A stretch of DNA of 63,874 bases, the filler included, from Stramenopiles sp. TOSAG23-2 (taxonomy: Eukaryota): assembly GCA_900128395.1 (NCBI GenBank). It is 7 parts of 7 records of this genome, joined end to end, with 100 filler letters (N's around TTAATTAATTAA, not from the genome) between each part and the next. Parts side by side here need not be neighbours in the genome. Positions count along the whole stretch, not along the records: positions 18,333 to 27,389 come from LT650130.1; positions 27,490 to 36,529 come from LT650131.1; 5 more parts are not named here. The stretch is one strand, 5' to 3'. Below the pieces are notes generated by a model. It was not told where the DNA came from and did not search any database. It worked only from the letters and a program-made list of their open reading frames with translations. Below, piece by piece: positions 23,467 to 33,800 of the stretch; within the stretch, counting starts at the first letter, position 1, and every line of letters starts with the position of its first letter. The translations under genes were made by a program, and so were the position numbers.

Positions 23467-24600
23467 CTACAAAAATACATTGCCACAAACAATACTACTA
23501 AATATTACACCACCCAATATATTATTTGAACGAAATTTATTATTTAAATTTATTCGATCATCTAAATCAGCAGTAGAAATTTGCCAAGCTAAATGTCCAA
23601 TAGTTGTTAATAATCCAACATGAAATGGTATGGATTCACCTAAACCAGCATTATAACCGGCTATGCCCAGACCAGCAACCATTGTAGTTGAATATAACAT
23701 TGCAATTTTTTTCGTATCATTCCCCCATGCAATTGCAGTTGATTTTAATCCTAATTTTTTATCATCTTCTTTATCTTGGTGTGCATACCATGTATCATAT
23801 ATCATTGTCCATGAAATACCTGCTGTATATAATGGCAAAACAACGGACCAATCGCATGATTCATGTACAGCTGCCCATCCCAATAATGCTCCCCAATTAA
23901 ATGCTAATCCTAATACAGCTTGTGGATAATGTGTAATTCGTTTAAAATATGGATATGACCCTACTAAAATTAAAGAGGATGCACCTAGTAATAAACAATA
24001 ATTATTCAATTGCAATAAGACGCCTAATCCTAATGAAAGTTGACCACCTAAAAAAGTCAATGCTTGAAATGGTGCAATTCGTCCGGATGCTAACGGTCTA
24101 TTTTTTGTTCTTTCAACATCCTTATCAAAATCTTTATCCCACATATCGTTAATAGTACAACCAGCACCTCTCATTACAAAAGCACCAATTCCAAAAATAG
24201 CCATTAATTTCAAATCAGGCAAAGTATGTGATTGCGTTGCAGCAAGCGATATACTCCAAGTACATGGCCACAACAAAAGCATTGTTCCAATTGGTCTATC
24301 AATTCGTATTAATTTTAAATATGGTATTGTTTGATCAGGCATATGTTTGTCTACCCATGTATGATCTTGATCTTTGTATATTTCACGTGAAGATGATTCA
24401 TTGATTGATTCCAACGTACAAGCAGTTGTACAAATATTCTTTTTGTTCTTTTTGAAAGTAATTAGTTGATTATAATAATGCATATTACTATTATTATTAC
24501 CACCACCACTTACATATTTAAATATATTGCATGTTGCTCGTTTTTGAATAGATTGGCGTGGTATGGTATTTATTGTTCTTACTACTATTGTGGCAATCAT
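23467..24600 (-). CDS. COQ2: 4-hydroxybenzoate polyprenyltransferase (UbiA family), with mitochondrial-type N-terminal extension
   Basis: RIDRPIGTMLL, RGAGCTINDMWDKDFDKDVERTKNRPLASG, YDTWYAHQDKEDD..GLKSTA. Confidence 0.95.
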   Translation of the reverse strand: MIATIVVRTINTIPRQSIQKRATCNIFKYVSGGGNNNSNMHYYNQLITFKKNKKNICTTACTLESINESSSREIYKDQDHTWVDKHMPDQTIPYLKLIRIDRPIGTMLLLWPCTWSISLAATQSHTLPDLKLMAIFGIGAFVMRGAGCTINDMWDKDFDKDVERTKNRPLASGRIAPFQALTFLGGQLSLGLGVLLQLNNYCLLLGASSLILVGSYPYFKRITHYPQAVLGLAFNWGALLGWAAVHESCDWSVVLPLYTAGISWTMIYDTWYAHQDKEDDKKLGLKSTAIAWGNDTKKIAMLYSTTMVAGLGIAGYNAGLGESIPFHVGLLTTIGHLAWQISTADLDDRINLNNKFRSNNILGGVIFSSIVCGNVFL

Positions 24601-24699
24601 GATATATTTTATCTTGTAGATTGCTTATTTATTGTCATGATGGTTCATACATATATATATGAATAATTTTTTGTATCTGAAATATATATATGTTGTTTT

Positions 24700-24945
24700 T
24701 CTGAACGGGCAGCAAAAGCCCAAGCTACTGGCAAGGAAAATCTCTGGTGTCCAGAGTAGCTAAGCCCAAGCCCTAAGGCAAGCCGGCAAGCCAGCAAGCC
24801 CAGCAAGCCCAGCAAGCCTTATTTCCTTAAAATCCAAACTTTGTCGTAGAATCGTAGAATCTAAATCTGTATTTTTGAATTGAAGCCAGAATAATATTAT
24901 ATATGCTGGAATGCCGGAATGCTGGAATGCCAAAATGCCATCCAA
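24700..24945. promoter_or_regulatory. GC-rich short-motif cluster in a divergent intergenic region (putative promoter)
   Basis: (CCAGCAAGC)n and (GCTGGAATGCC)n runs between the divergent COQ2 and kinase genes. Related motifs occur at 2591, 54575, 58149 and 61843-61906. Confidence 0.4.
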
Positions 24946-25349
24946 TTTTTACTATACACGGTGGTAGTCAGTATAGTGGGGCACGCTCGTAAAATAGCAC
25001 CAACATACCACTAAGAAGGCAAAATTGATGATGATGATGCACCGTATTTATAATTCACTACTAACACGTAGGATATCATATACACATAGATATTTGAACC
25101 ATATGACATATATACTATATTTTTTCGAAGACCGTTTTTGATATATCATTTTCATTTATTTCATCTACATCTCTATTTTACACACTCACACACATACAGT
25201 AGCATAAAATTTATTTTTGTACAACGAATATATCCACACAATTTTTTCTGTTAAACTAGTTGTGGTTCGTTTTTTTCAATTTTTGTTTCATTATATTTTG
25301 CTACTGTTAGATTTTTGCTCTATTACTAATAAATTAAAGAGAGAGAGAG

Positions 25350-27212
25350 ATGATATCAGAATTACTTTCACCAAGAGGAAATTATAATAGGTATTCCCCT
25401 AAAAATGTAAGTCCTTCGTATGCAAAAAGTATTATATGTTATATAAATGGGAAACCATCTAATTATGGCAATAGTGGCATCTCAATCGATTTGCATTCTA
25501 CTTCCACATCGATGTACCACTTATTGCAAGCAGCAGGGAAACGGTTGCAAATACAAGCCAAAAGAGTTTTTAATGTAGAAGGAAGGGAACTGGATGAAGT
25601 TAGTATGATAGGGCAAGGAGATGCTTTGTTTTTCTCGGAAGGTGAGAATTTCGTTCGACCATCACGTGTTCGCAATGATATTGATAATAATGGCAACGAA
25701 AAGCGCCAAAAGCAACGTAGTATATATAATAATTACGAATTGCTAAAACAACTTGGAGCTGGTTCCTTCGGTATGGTGTTTTATACAAAACATATTTTAA
25801 CACACAAAGAAGCTGCGCTGAAATTTATCCAAAAAAGTTATACTTCCAAATTCACTGAAACAGTCTTTTCCGAAATACATTGTTTAGAGCGATTAAAGCA
25901 TAATAATATTATAAATTTAGATAGTGTTATTAATGCAAAAGATCATATGATATTGGTTATGGAATATGCAAAGGGTGGTGATTTAAAAAATTATATCAAA
26001 GATCGCAAAGCTGTAAATGAAGAAGTCATATGTAAAATATTTAACCAAATAGTAGATGCGATTCGATATTGTCATAAGCAACGAATATTGCATCATGATT
26101 TAAAACTTCAAAACATTTTATTGATGGAAAAAATTTCACCTCCAGAGAACGAATCTGATGAATTGGCAAATATGAATTACATCGATAACATTTGTGTTAA
26201 AATTGCTGATTTTGGATTATCAACTACGTTTAATGATGATAATAGTTTTAAAGGGGGAAGCTTAGCATATTTATCCCCGGAAGTTTTAAATAAAAGTAAA
26301 GATTGTGATTCAACTGCACGTGACATATGGGCGATAGGAATTATTTTATTTGCATTATGTACTGGGCATTTACCATGGGGAAGAGGGACAAATGATGATG
26401 TCAAACGAAAAATATTAAAATATGATGGCACAAGAAGACATTTTTCAGAAATACTAGATAAAGTTAAAAAAAAACAAGCGAAAAGAAGACAATCACATAT
26501 TATTGCATTGGAGAAGCTGAAAATTGTTGATGATATTTCTACAACCAGCAGCAGCAATAGCAGTCCTAGCACGAATGTTGCTGATGATGTGGATAATCAT
26601 GGAAATGATAATGATGAAGGAAAGAATACTAAAAAAATGGAGCCACCAATTTTAATGAATGATGAAATACGAGATCTTTCTTGCAAAATTTTGAGACCAT
26701 CATGGAATGAACGTGCAACAATAGCAACTATATCAAACCATACATGGCTTTTCAAATTTGATAAACATACAAGAGCAACTATTAAATCACCAAAGCGATC
26801 ATCGCCACCATCACCATTTTTCCGTCGTATTACAAGCCCAAAAAGTGCTAAAAGCGAAGTTGGTGACAAAGGATTCAAACCATCAAATAATCATAATAAT
26901 AATAATGATAATAATAATGATAACAATCATAAAAAGAAAACATCAAATAGTAATTATGTTATTACAACATCAATGGACAAAAAATATACATGCGAAAAAC
27001 CAATTGCAGAAAACAGCAAGCTTGCTTTTAGACGCTCTATGAAAATACCAACTATTACAACAAAAAAACGTGCATCTCCGTATAAAATAATGTCACCTCG
27101 ATCAGGATCAATTATGACAAACAGTGAATCATCCACAGGTGATAGTAAAAATGAAGGTAGCATGCGAAAAAACAAATCAATGCCAGATTTATTCAATTAT
27201 AAGAAAGGTTAA
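25350..27212 (+). CDS. CAMK-group Ser/Thr kinase with an N-terminal doublecortin/KHA-like domain
   Basis: LGAGSFGMV, AALK, HHDLKLQN, DFG, GSLAYLSPE, DIWAIG. N-terminal AKRVFNVEGRELDEVSMIGQGDALFFSEGENF is DCX-like. Confidence 0.88.
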   Translation: MISELLSPRGNYNRYSPKNVSPSYAKSIICYINGKPSNYGNSGISIDLHSTSTSMYHLLQAAGKRLQIQAKRVFNVEGRELDEVSMIGQGDALFFSEGENFVRPSRVRNDIDNNGNEKRQKQRSIYNNYELLKQLGAGSFGMVFYTKHILTHKEAALKFIQKSYTSKFTETVFSEIHCLERLKHNNIINLDSVINAKDHMILVMEYAKGGDLKNYIKDRKAVNEEVICKIFNQIVDAIRYCHKQRILHHDLKLQNILLMEKISPPENESDELANMNYIDNICVKIADFGLSTTFNDDNSFKGGSLAYLSPEVLNKSKDCDSTARDIWAIGIILFALCTGHLPWGRGTNDDVKRKILKYDGTRRHFSEILDKVKKKQAKRRQSHIIALEKLKIVDDISTTSSSNSSPSTNVADDVDNHGNDNDEGKNTKKMEPPILMNDEIRDLSCKILRPSWNERATIATISNHTWLFKFDKHTRATIKSPKRSSPPSPFFRRITSPKSAKSEVGDKGFKPSNNHNNNNDNNNDNNHKKKTSNSNYVITTSMDKKYTCEKPIAENSKLAFRRSMKIPTITTKKRASPYKIMSPRSGSIMTNSESSTGDSKNEGSMRKNKSMPDLFNYKKG

Positions 27213-27329
27213 AAAATGTTTTATAATATATATATATATATATATATATGATAAGCATTAAAAATATAAAAAGAACTACTCGTAATATTTTAAAAATATT
27301 TGATACGAAGCCGTATGATGTATATTTGT

Positions 27330-27389
27330 TCTATAATAGGATAGCATATTATTCTTGCGATCGAGTATTGAGCATATAATATATAACAT
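27330..27389 (+). repeat. Dispersed repeat family B copy at a contig end
   Basis: TAGGATAGCATATTATTCTTGCGATCGAGTATTGAGCATA matches the family B copies at 30555-30702 and 43710-43896. Confidence 0.8.
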
Positions 27390-27489
27390 NNNNNNNNNNN
27401 NNNNNNNNNNNNNNNNNNNNNNNNNNNNNNNNNTTAATTAATTAANNNNNNNNNNNNNNNNNNNNNNNNNNNNNNNNNNNNNNNNNNNN
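27390..27489. other. Artificial contig linker
   Basis: N-run + TTAATTAATTAA + N-run. Confidence 0.98.
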
Positions 27490-27863
27490 GTTTCGAGGCA
27501 GTAATTATCCTACCATGGGCTTAGCATTAAATTAACACGTATAACAAGATAAATCGACAGCTTTAATAACAGTTGCAATAATAATAAATTAATATATATA
27601 GTAAATTTAAATTATAAAAAAGGCCTTATATATCCAATGGAATGTTCCCAAATTTGTTTTAATGGTGAGTTTCTTCATGGCCATCACAACGTAAAAAACG
27701 CAAGCATTTCCGACATAGTAACAAAGACAAATATTTGAGAATACTGCACAACTGTTTTTCATTATTATTTGGGTTAGTAAAGAAGCGTTATAGGTAGCAA
27801 AACATGATAGAATAAAAATTGAAAAGTCAACTTATAGTAATATTTACTAGATGCTTTATTGTG

Positions 27864-28970
27864 ATGTCATTATATGCTTTTTTCTTTGTGATATTCAAAA
27901 TTGGCGTTGTTGCTATTCTTACACAAAGTGCATTCAACACAGAAGATGTGGCGTTCTTCTTTTTCCTCTCTGTTATTATATTCTTAACTTTGTATAGTTT
28001 GTACACGAGTCTTGAAGTACATAGTGGTGGCATAGAAGAAAACAGGGGGAAATATGGATTGAATTCTCTTTTTCTTGCAATTGCCGGAATTGGTCTTGTT
28101 GCTAGTCTCGTACAAAGTGCATTCAACACAGATGATTTGTCGTTCTTCTTTTTTGGCTTCTATGTCATATTAATACTCTTGATTTTGTATAGATGCCTAG
28201 AAGAAACCATTGGCGATACACAGAAAACGGGGGATCTGCTTGGAATTAACAGGCAGATAAGTAGGTCTAAGAAGAAAAGAAAGATAAAATTAAAAAAAGC
28301 AAAACAGAAAAAACCTGTTAAAAAATTAAACAAGAAAGTCTTACCATCTGCAAATAATGTAGAGGCGACTACAGTAAGCAACGCCGGCCCAGTAGAACAG
28401 GAATCATTTAAAAATTTGAAAAACAACGGGTTTTCGACAAGGAACTCGAAAGATTTATTTCAAAGTTCCCGAGAAAAAATTTCAGGGGACATTGGTCAAA
28501 ATGAAGCCGACGAGTTGAAATATCGACTTTCTCCAGGTATAGTGACCCAGAGAAAGAATTTACGTCCTGCCCCTCTGGTTGATAAAGTAGAAGATGAGGC
28601 AGAAAGAGAAGCAGAGGATGAGGCAAAAAGAGAAGCAGAGGATGAGGCAAAAAGAGAAGCAGGAGAGGAGGCAAAAAGAAAAGCAGAAGAGGAGGCAAAA
28701 AGAAAAGCAGAAGAGGAGGCAAAAAGAAAAGCAGAAGAGGAGGCAAAAAGAAAAGCAGAGGAGGAGGAGGCAAAAAGAAAAGCAGAAGAGGAGGCAAAAA
28801 GATTAGCGTCTCGACTTCGAGAGATCGGGCTTTGTCCGCAAAGTTTTAAGTGGCGGCATATTAGCAATGCTCATACCCAGTGTCAAAAGTGTGGTAAATC
28901 ATTTTCATCGGGGTATCGATGTGAAGGTGGAAGCCATTATGTTTGTGAAGATTGCGTAAACTACAATTGA
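27864..28970 (+). CDS. Membrane protein with an (EEEAKRKA)n stalk and a C-terminal Cys/His metal-binding domain
   Basis: Duplicated TM hairpin (QSAFNTEDVAFFFF / QSAFNTDDLSFFFF); 24-bp repeats; C-terminal LREIGLCPQSFKW..CQKC..GYRCEGGSHYVCEDC. First ATG is 27864. Confidence 0.75.
   Translation: MSLYAFFFVIFKIGVVAILTQSAFNTEDVAFFFFLSVIIFLTLYSLYTSLEVHSGGIEENRGKYGLNSLFLAIAGIGLVASLVQSAFNTDDLSFFFFGFYVILILLILYRCLEETIGDTQKTGDLLGINRQISRSKKKRKIKLKKAKQKKPVKKLNKKVLPSANNVEATTVSNAGPVEQESFKNLKNNGFSTRNSKDLFQSSREKISGDIGQNEADELKYRLSPGIVTQRKNLRPAPLVDKVEDEAEREAEDEAKREAEDEAKREAGEEAKRKAEEEAKRKAEEEAKRKAEEEAKRKAEEEEAKRKAEEEAKRLASRLREIGLCPQSFKWRHISNAHTQCQKCGKSFSSGYRCEGGSHYVCEDCVNYN
28590..28802 (+). repeat. Coding 24-bp minisatellite (EEEAKRKA, ~9 units)
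   Basis: GAGGAGGCAAAAAGAAAAGCAGAA units. Confidence 0.9.
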
Positions 28971-29170
28971 CCATTTGTATTTTTAAAAAAAGACAATTTT
29001 TTTATTGGTAGAAAAGTAGAAAAGTAGTATATATATATAATATATACGTGTACTATCACACGAGCGTACGCTTTAGGTAATTAGAAATACGATTCGTATA
29101 AAAACTTCATGATGAACGATCGTAACCACGGTTTATATTTTACCATAATAATATAATATATGATACGCGT

Positions 29171-29350
29171 AATATCTTGGCACACTCTGCGTGGATTACA
29201 ATGAACTCTATTGCGATGTTACGATTCATTGTCCGTTGTCCCATCTTTCAGTTTAGTGAGATAGATTATTGCCTCAGTTATTGTATGATATTCTTTTGGA
29301 GATTAGGAATTATCATGAGTATCATATATCACATAAATTAAAAATAAATT
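29171..29350 (+). repeat. Dispersed repeat family A copy (A1 flank)
   Basis: Reverse complement of 45763-45872, plus the family A core. Confidence 0.85.
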
Positions 29351-29440
29351 ATAATTTATGCACGTACAATTATACTACTTCGTACGAGGTAATAATCATA
29401 TTTTAAATTTAAAATTCTCTTTTTTTTTACCAAATAAAAC

Positions 29441-29549
29441 GATGGTTAAAATCTAAGTTATAATAATTTTACACTTCTCGTGATTCTCTTATTTATCATA
29501 TTATATAAAATGTTCTCTTACTCATATATTATATAAATTTCTTTTACTC
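29441..29549. repeat. Family B 3' part (reverse strand) followed by family C
   Basis: GATGGTTAAAATCTAAGTTATAATAATTTTACACTTCTCGTG is the reverse complement of ~43856-43897. AAAATGTTCTCTTACTCATATA.. matches 51001. Confidence 0.8.
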
Positions 29550-29956
29550 CCGTTCATTAACATCTCAAATCAAAAATGATTTTTATAAAGTCCATATAAT
29601 TATTTATAAAGTTTAGTAAAAATTATTTAGTATTCAAAAGATTGTTCCTCTGTCTGTGATTCAGAGTTAAATGAAAGAGCTACTCCTTCATAAAGTTGTG
29701 TATCATATTATATATATATATATAATATATATATTATATAATTTCAATAATATATTGTTAATAATTTTATAAATTGTGTGTGTAGAACTATGTGTGCATA
29801 TAAACTCTCTCAATTTTTTTTTTAAATCATATTTTAATATTGGCTCAAACACTGTATTCTCTTTAGAGTAGGAATTGTCATTCATGGGTAGAGAAATAAA
29901 AAATTAAAAAATACGATCGTACGCGTTACTTTTATTTATTTTTATATAATATAAAA

Positions 29957-30597
29957 CTTCAGATGGGAAGAATTTACCTCCAGACGTGCAGACTAACCAA
30001 CAAAACAACACCGGCATTCTATCAAATTGTTATGAGCAGCATGATATTAGGAATAATGACAATAACTCTTTTGATGAAAAGGCCAAACCAGACGTTCTTT
30101 ATTACGTAAACACAAATACCAAGAATGTGCAACAGAATGAGATTCACCATGTGAATACTGTATGCTGCAAAAAACTATTATCCAAAGAGGATATCATTCA
30201 AAATCATAGTCACCGGGCGATCACTTTAAAATTTAACCAGGCTAGGCTCTATGATGTATACAATGATAAATCAACTTTGGAAACAGTTCCTTTTGTAGTA
30301 GACTCTTCAGATGGGAAGAATTTACCTCCAGACGTGCAGACTAACCAATAAAACATCAAGGAGCAAAAACCCGAGATTCATCACTTGTCAACGTTACCAA
30401 CTCGTGATAATTTTGTGCATTGCAACCACAACCTATTGTCATCCAAGACAATGGTTGCTATGAATCCACCCCTGGGGAATTCAAAACCACCAAACTTTGG
30501 AAAACCTATGGACTATTCACATCACTTTCATCGAGTGTGTTATACTGGATTCAGACCTACTTGTGCTTATAGAGTATTAGCTTGCGGCGGCGCATGA
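29957..30597 (+). pseudogene. Decayed ORF with an internal duplication, running into repeat family B (possible mobile-element relic)
   Basis: 44-bp direct repeat CTTCAGATGGGAAGAATTTACCTCCAGACGTGCAGACTAACCAA at 29957 and 30305; in-frame stop at 30349; ORF ends ...RVLACGGA* inside family B. Confidence 0.4.
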
Positions 30598-30702
30598 GAG
30601 CTTTAATAATAATAGGATAGAATATTTATTCTCGAGATTGAGTATTGAGCATATTATTTAACATGAGAAGTAAAATTATTATAACTTTTAGATTTTAACC
30701 AT
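30555..30702 (+). repeat. Dispersed repeat family B, longest copy
   Basis: ACCTACTTGTGCTT.TAGAGTATTAG...TAGATTTTAACCAT is shared with 43710-43896. Confidence 0.85.
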
Positions 30703-30817
30703 TTTATAATATTAAAAGTAACCCGTATTTTTCAAATTAGAACACAGTATACGTACACAAATTCGTACTGACCACTGAAATTTATTTACGAAGAGAGTAT
30801 CATATAAGTACCACTTT

Positions 30818-33800
30818 TTACAAATCGTCTGGTTCCTCATCTGTTTCTTTAGATTCCGTAGTATTATAGTTTTCGGCACGGTCATCTGGTAACTTCAGAT
30901 TAGCTTTTAACTCTTCTTCTTCTGTGCTATACCATACATGGATCACATCATCTTCATTCTGAACCATCTCCTCATCCTCAAGTTCCTCTACGTATTCATT
31001 TATTGCAATTTTTAACTTGTTTCGAAATTGTTTAAATACTCTATAGCCACTCGATGGAGATTTAGCGTACTCAGATTTGCCATATTCGACTACTGACCTA
31101 TGAAAAGAAATATTTTTTTTGCATTCATCATTGTATTTTCTTAAAATTGTATCAATTATTGCAGCAACCTCCTTCTCTATAAATTTTCCATAGGGGCATA
31201 AGCAGCTTGGTTTAACAAATCTACTAGTAAATGCATCGTTATTCATCCGAGTAAATTCCATTGATAAGTTTTTCTTTAATGTCTTCTTCATTGACTCAAA
31301 CGCCTTTTTATTCTTCTTTCTTGAATCAGACAAAAAATCATCACCTTTGCATTCTTTTAATATATCATGTTGCCCAAAATTTCCACAGAAAACAAATATA
31401 GTGTATCTAATAGAAACTTGGATGGCTTGTCCTTGAGCAGCTACATTGGATAACATACCCTCTTCTAACATATCATAAAATTGGGATAGTATGTCCCGCA
31501 TTGGTTTAGATTGTCTATCGTTAGCGCCTCTGTCAGAAATCATGGCTTTTTCAAACTCATCAATTATAGCAACATTTACTTTGTCTTTCCAATGCTTATT
31601 CCCACTATTACACTTCGTCAAAAATTGTACAAATTTCGACCCCTGCGAATTACCGCCACACCATTTTGCACCAACACCCCAAATATCATCTTTGGTCGTA
31701 CTTGTTTTAAATTGTATGTTAAAGGTTCGTGTTGGATCACCACTAGACAAAGCATGACCTAGCTGTCTTGCCATGTTACTTTTTCCACTACCAGGCATCC
31801 CAGTCAATATAATAATAAGCGGGTTCTTATCAGCAGCTTGACCCTTCATTTCTTCATCATGCCAACTTTGAAACTTAGCAATAACTCTACGTGCAATTTT
31901 AGTTGCAGCTATAGAATGACCAACAGTGACATATTGTAGACTTGGTAATAGTTGTAAACCTAGAGTTTCATTTTTTTGTTTTCTTCTTAGATTAATTTTT
32001 GGTAACTGTAGCGCACGTTTAAGAAAATACATTGCCTCTAAATTTCCAGAGGCATGCACATATTCCTGTATATTTATTCCATGGAAAGTAATTCTAGGAT
32101 TAGCTCCCTGTGATAACAGATATTTGAATATTTCAGTTTCAACGTATGTCGGGAATTTTTCTATCACAACTTCCTTCAAATCTGTTGGTAACATTTCCAA
32201 AAGCGCGTCGGTTTTTCTTCCCATAAGCAGTGCATACAGAAGCGGGGGCACCTTATATGTAACATTACATAAATTTGGATTTGCACCATGTTTAAACAGC
32301 TCATCAATCAAAGTAACATGTCTGTATATACCTTCCCCGCCTCTTATAACAATTGGATTTTGTCGTATAGCATAGAACAAAGGTGTGTCCCCAAGCTGGT
32401 CTTTTTTGTCTTTTCTCTTACTTAAAAGTGCCAGATTTATCAACTTGTCGTTTTGACTGCATTGCTTATCTATTGCATCTACTTTTTGCAACACTTCTAT
32501 AAATTTACCCCAAACGCTGTGTCCATCATACAGACCTTCCTTTATTCTTGATCTTTTATTAGTATTTTCTATATGTTTACACATATTGTAGAGCGACTGG
32601 AAAACACTTTTATTTTCTCTTCCATTTTTCTTGTAAAATTTTGCAATCTCGTTATTGGAATCATTATTATTAATACCTCCAGATTCTTCCCTATCAGATT
32701 CTTCTCTCGCCTCAGAATCCCCAATTCCCTCTGCATATGTACCATCACTATTAATATAATGATCGTCACTCCCATCTTTGAGTTCATCATCACTTTCACG
32801 ACCCGATTTTTCTTCGTTATTATTATTCTTTGTTTTAAATGACTTTTGCTTCTTGGGTTTCACCTCTCCTGTTGTGATTTTCTTGTTTTCTTTCTTAAAC
32901 ATTAAACTCTTGCATCTCTTGCATAGCGAATAATTAAGTATCGTCGAATAATTAAGTGTTAAAAATATTAACAATATTGTTGCAAAGCCTTGGAATGCAC
33001 GTTGTGCGTATTCTTCAGAATGATCAATATGGTAATTCTTGAAATAGTACATGTGCGGTTTGTGCTTTTCGATATATGTTACAACTTTAAAACAATAGTA
33101 TAACAAAAAGCTTACCAAGAAACTTAGAATTATCGCTTTCAATATATTTATTACTCCTAATTTAAAACATTCGCGTATCAAATAGCACGTAAATGACTGT
33201 GGGAATTTTCGTTTCTTTTTTGGAACGGAATCCGTTCCCGTATCGTTTTTCTGCCCCTCTCTGGTATCATCCAAATTAGCTCTATCAGTTAATCGATAAT
33301 CTGCATCGTTTCTCCGATTCCTACTTCTGGAACGCACACCAGTGACAGCTTCCTCTACGATCTCTGGGGGTTTAAAAGGGAATAGGAAATCCCAGATGGT
33401 GTGAAGTGTTGCTTTGGCAAAAGTAGTACCCGACAACGCATCCTTGCTTACACATTTCAAACACTTATAAACAGCCAATAATAAAAGAACAAGAACAGGA
33501 AGAATTATTAACGGTAACAACAAGAAACGCGACGGGTCATTCCATATACCAACTGGCCAAACAAGGACTAACGAAGGCACCATTCCAACAGCCACATTTC
33601 GGCACATTGTCCAATTTACTTCGTGAAATGATAATTCTATCGCAAATAGAGCTGCCCACAACAAAAACGCATATGCACCATTTTCAAAGTAATTCATGTA
33701 CCAAATTATAACATATATAGTGCTAGAAAAGCATGAAAGACCCATCAAAGTCGCATGCACTACAAAGCGAGCTTTTATTTTTTTCACTATCGGAGTGTCT

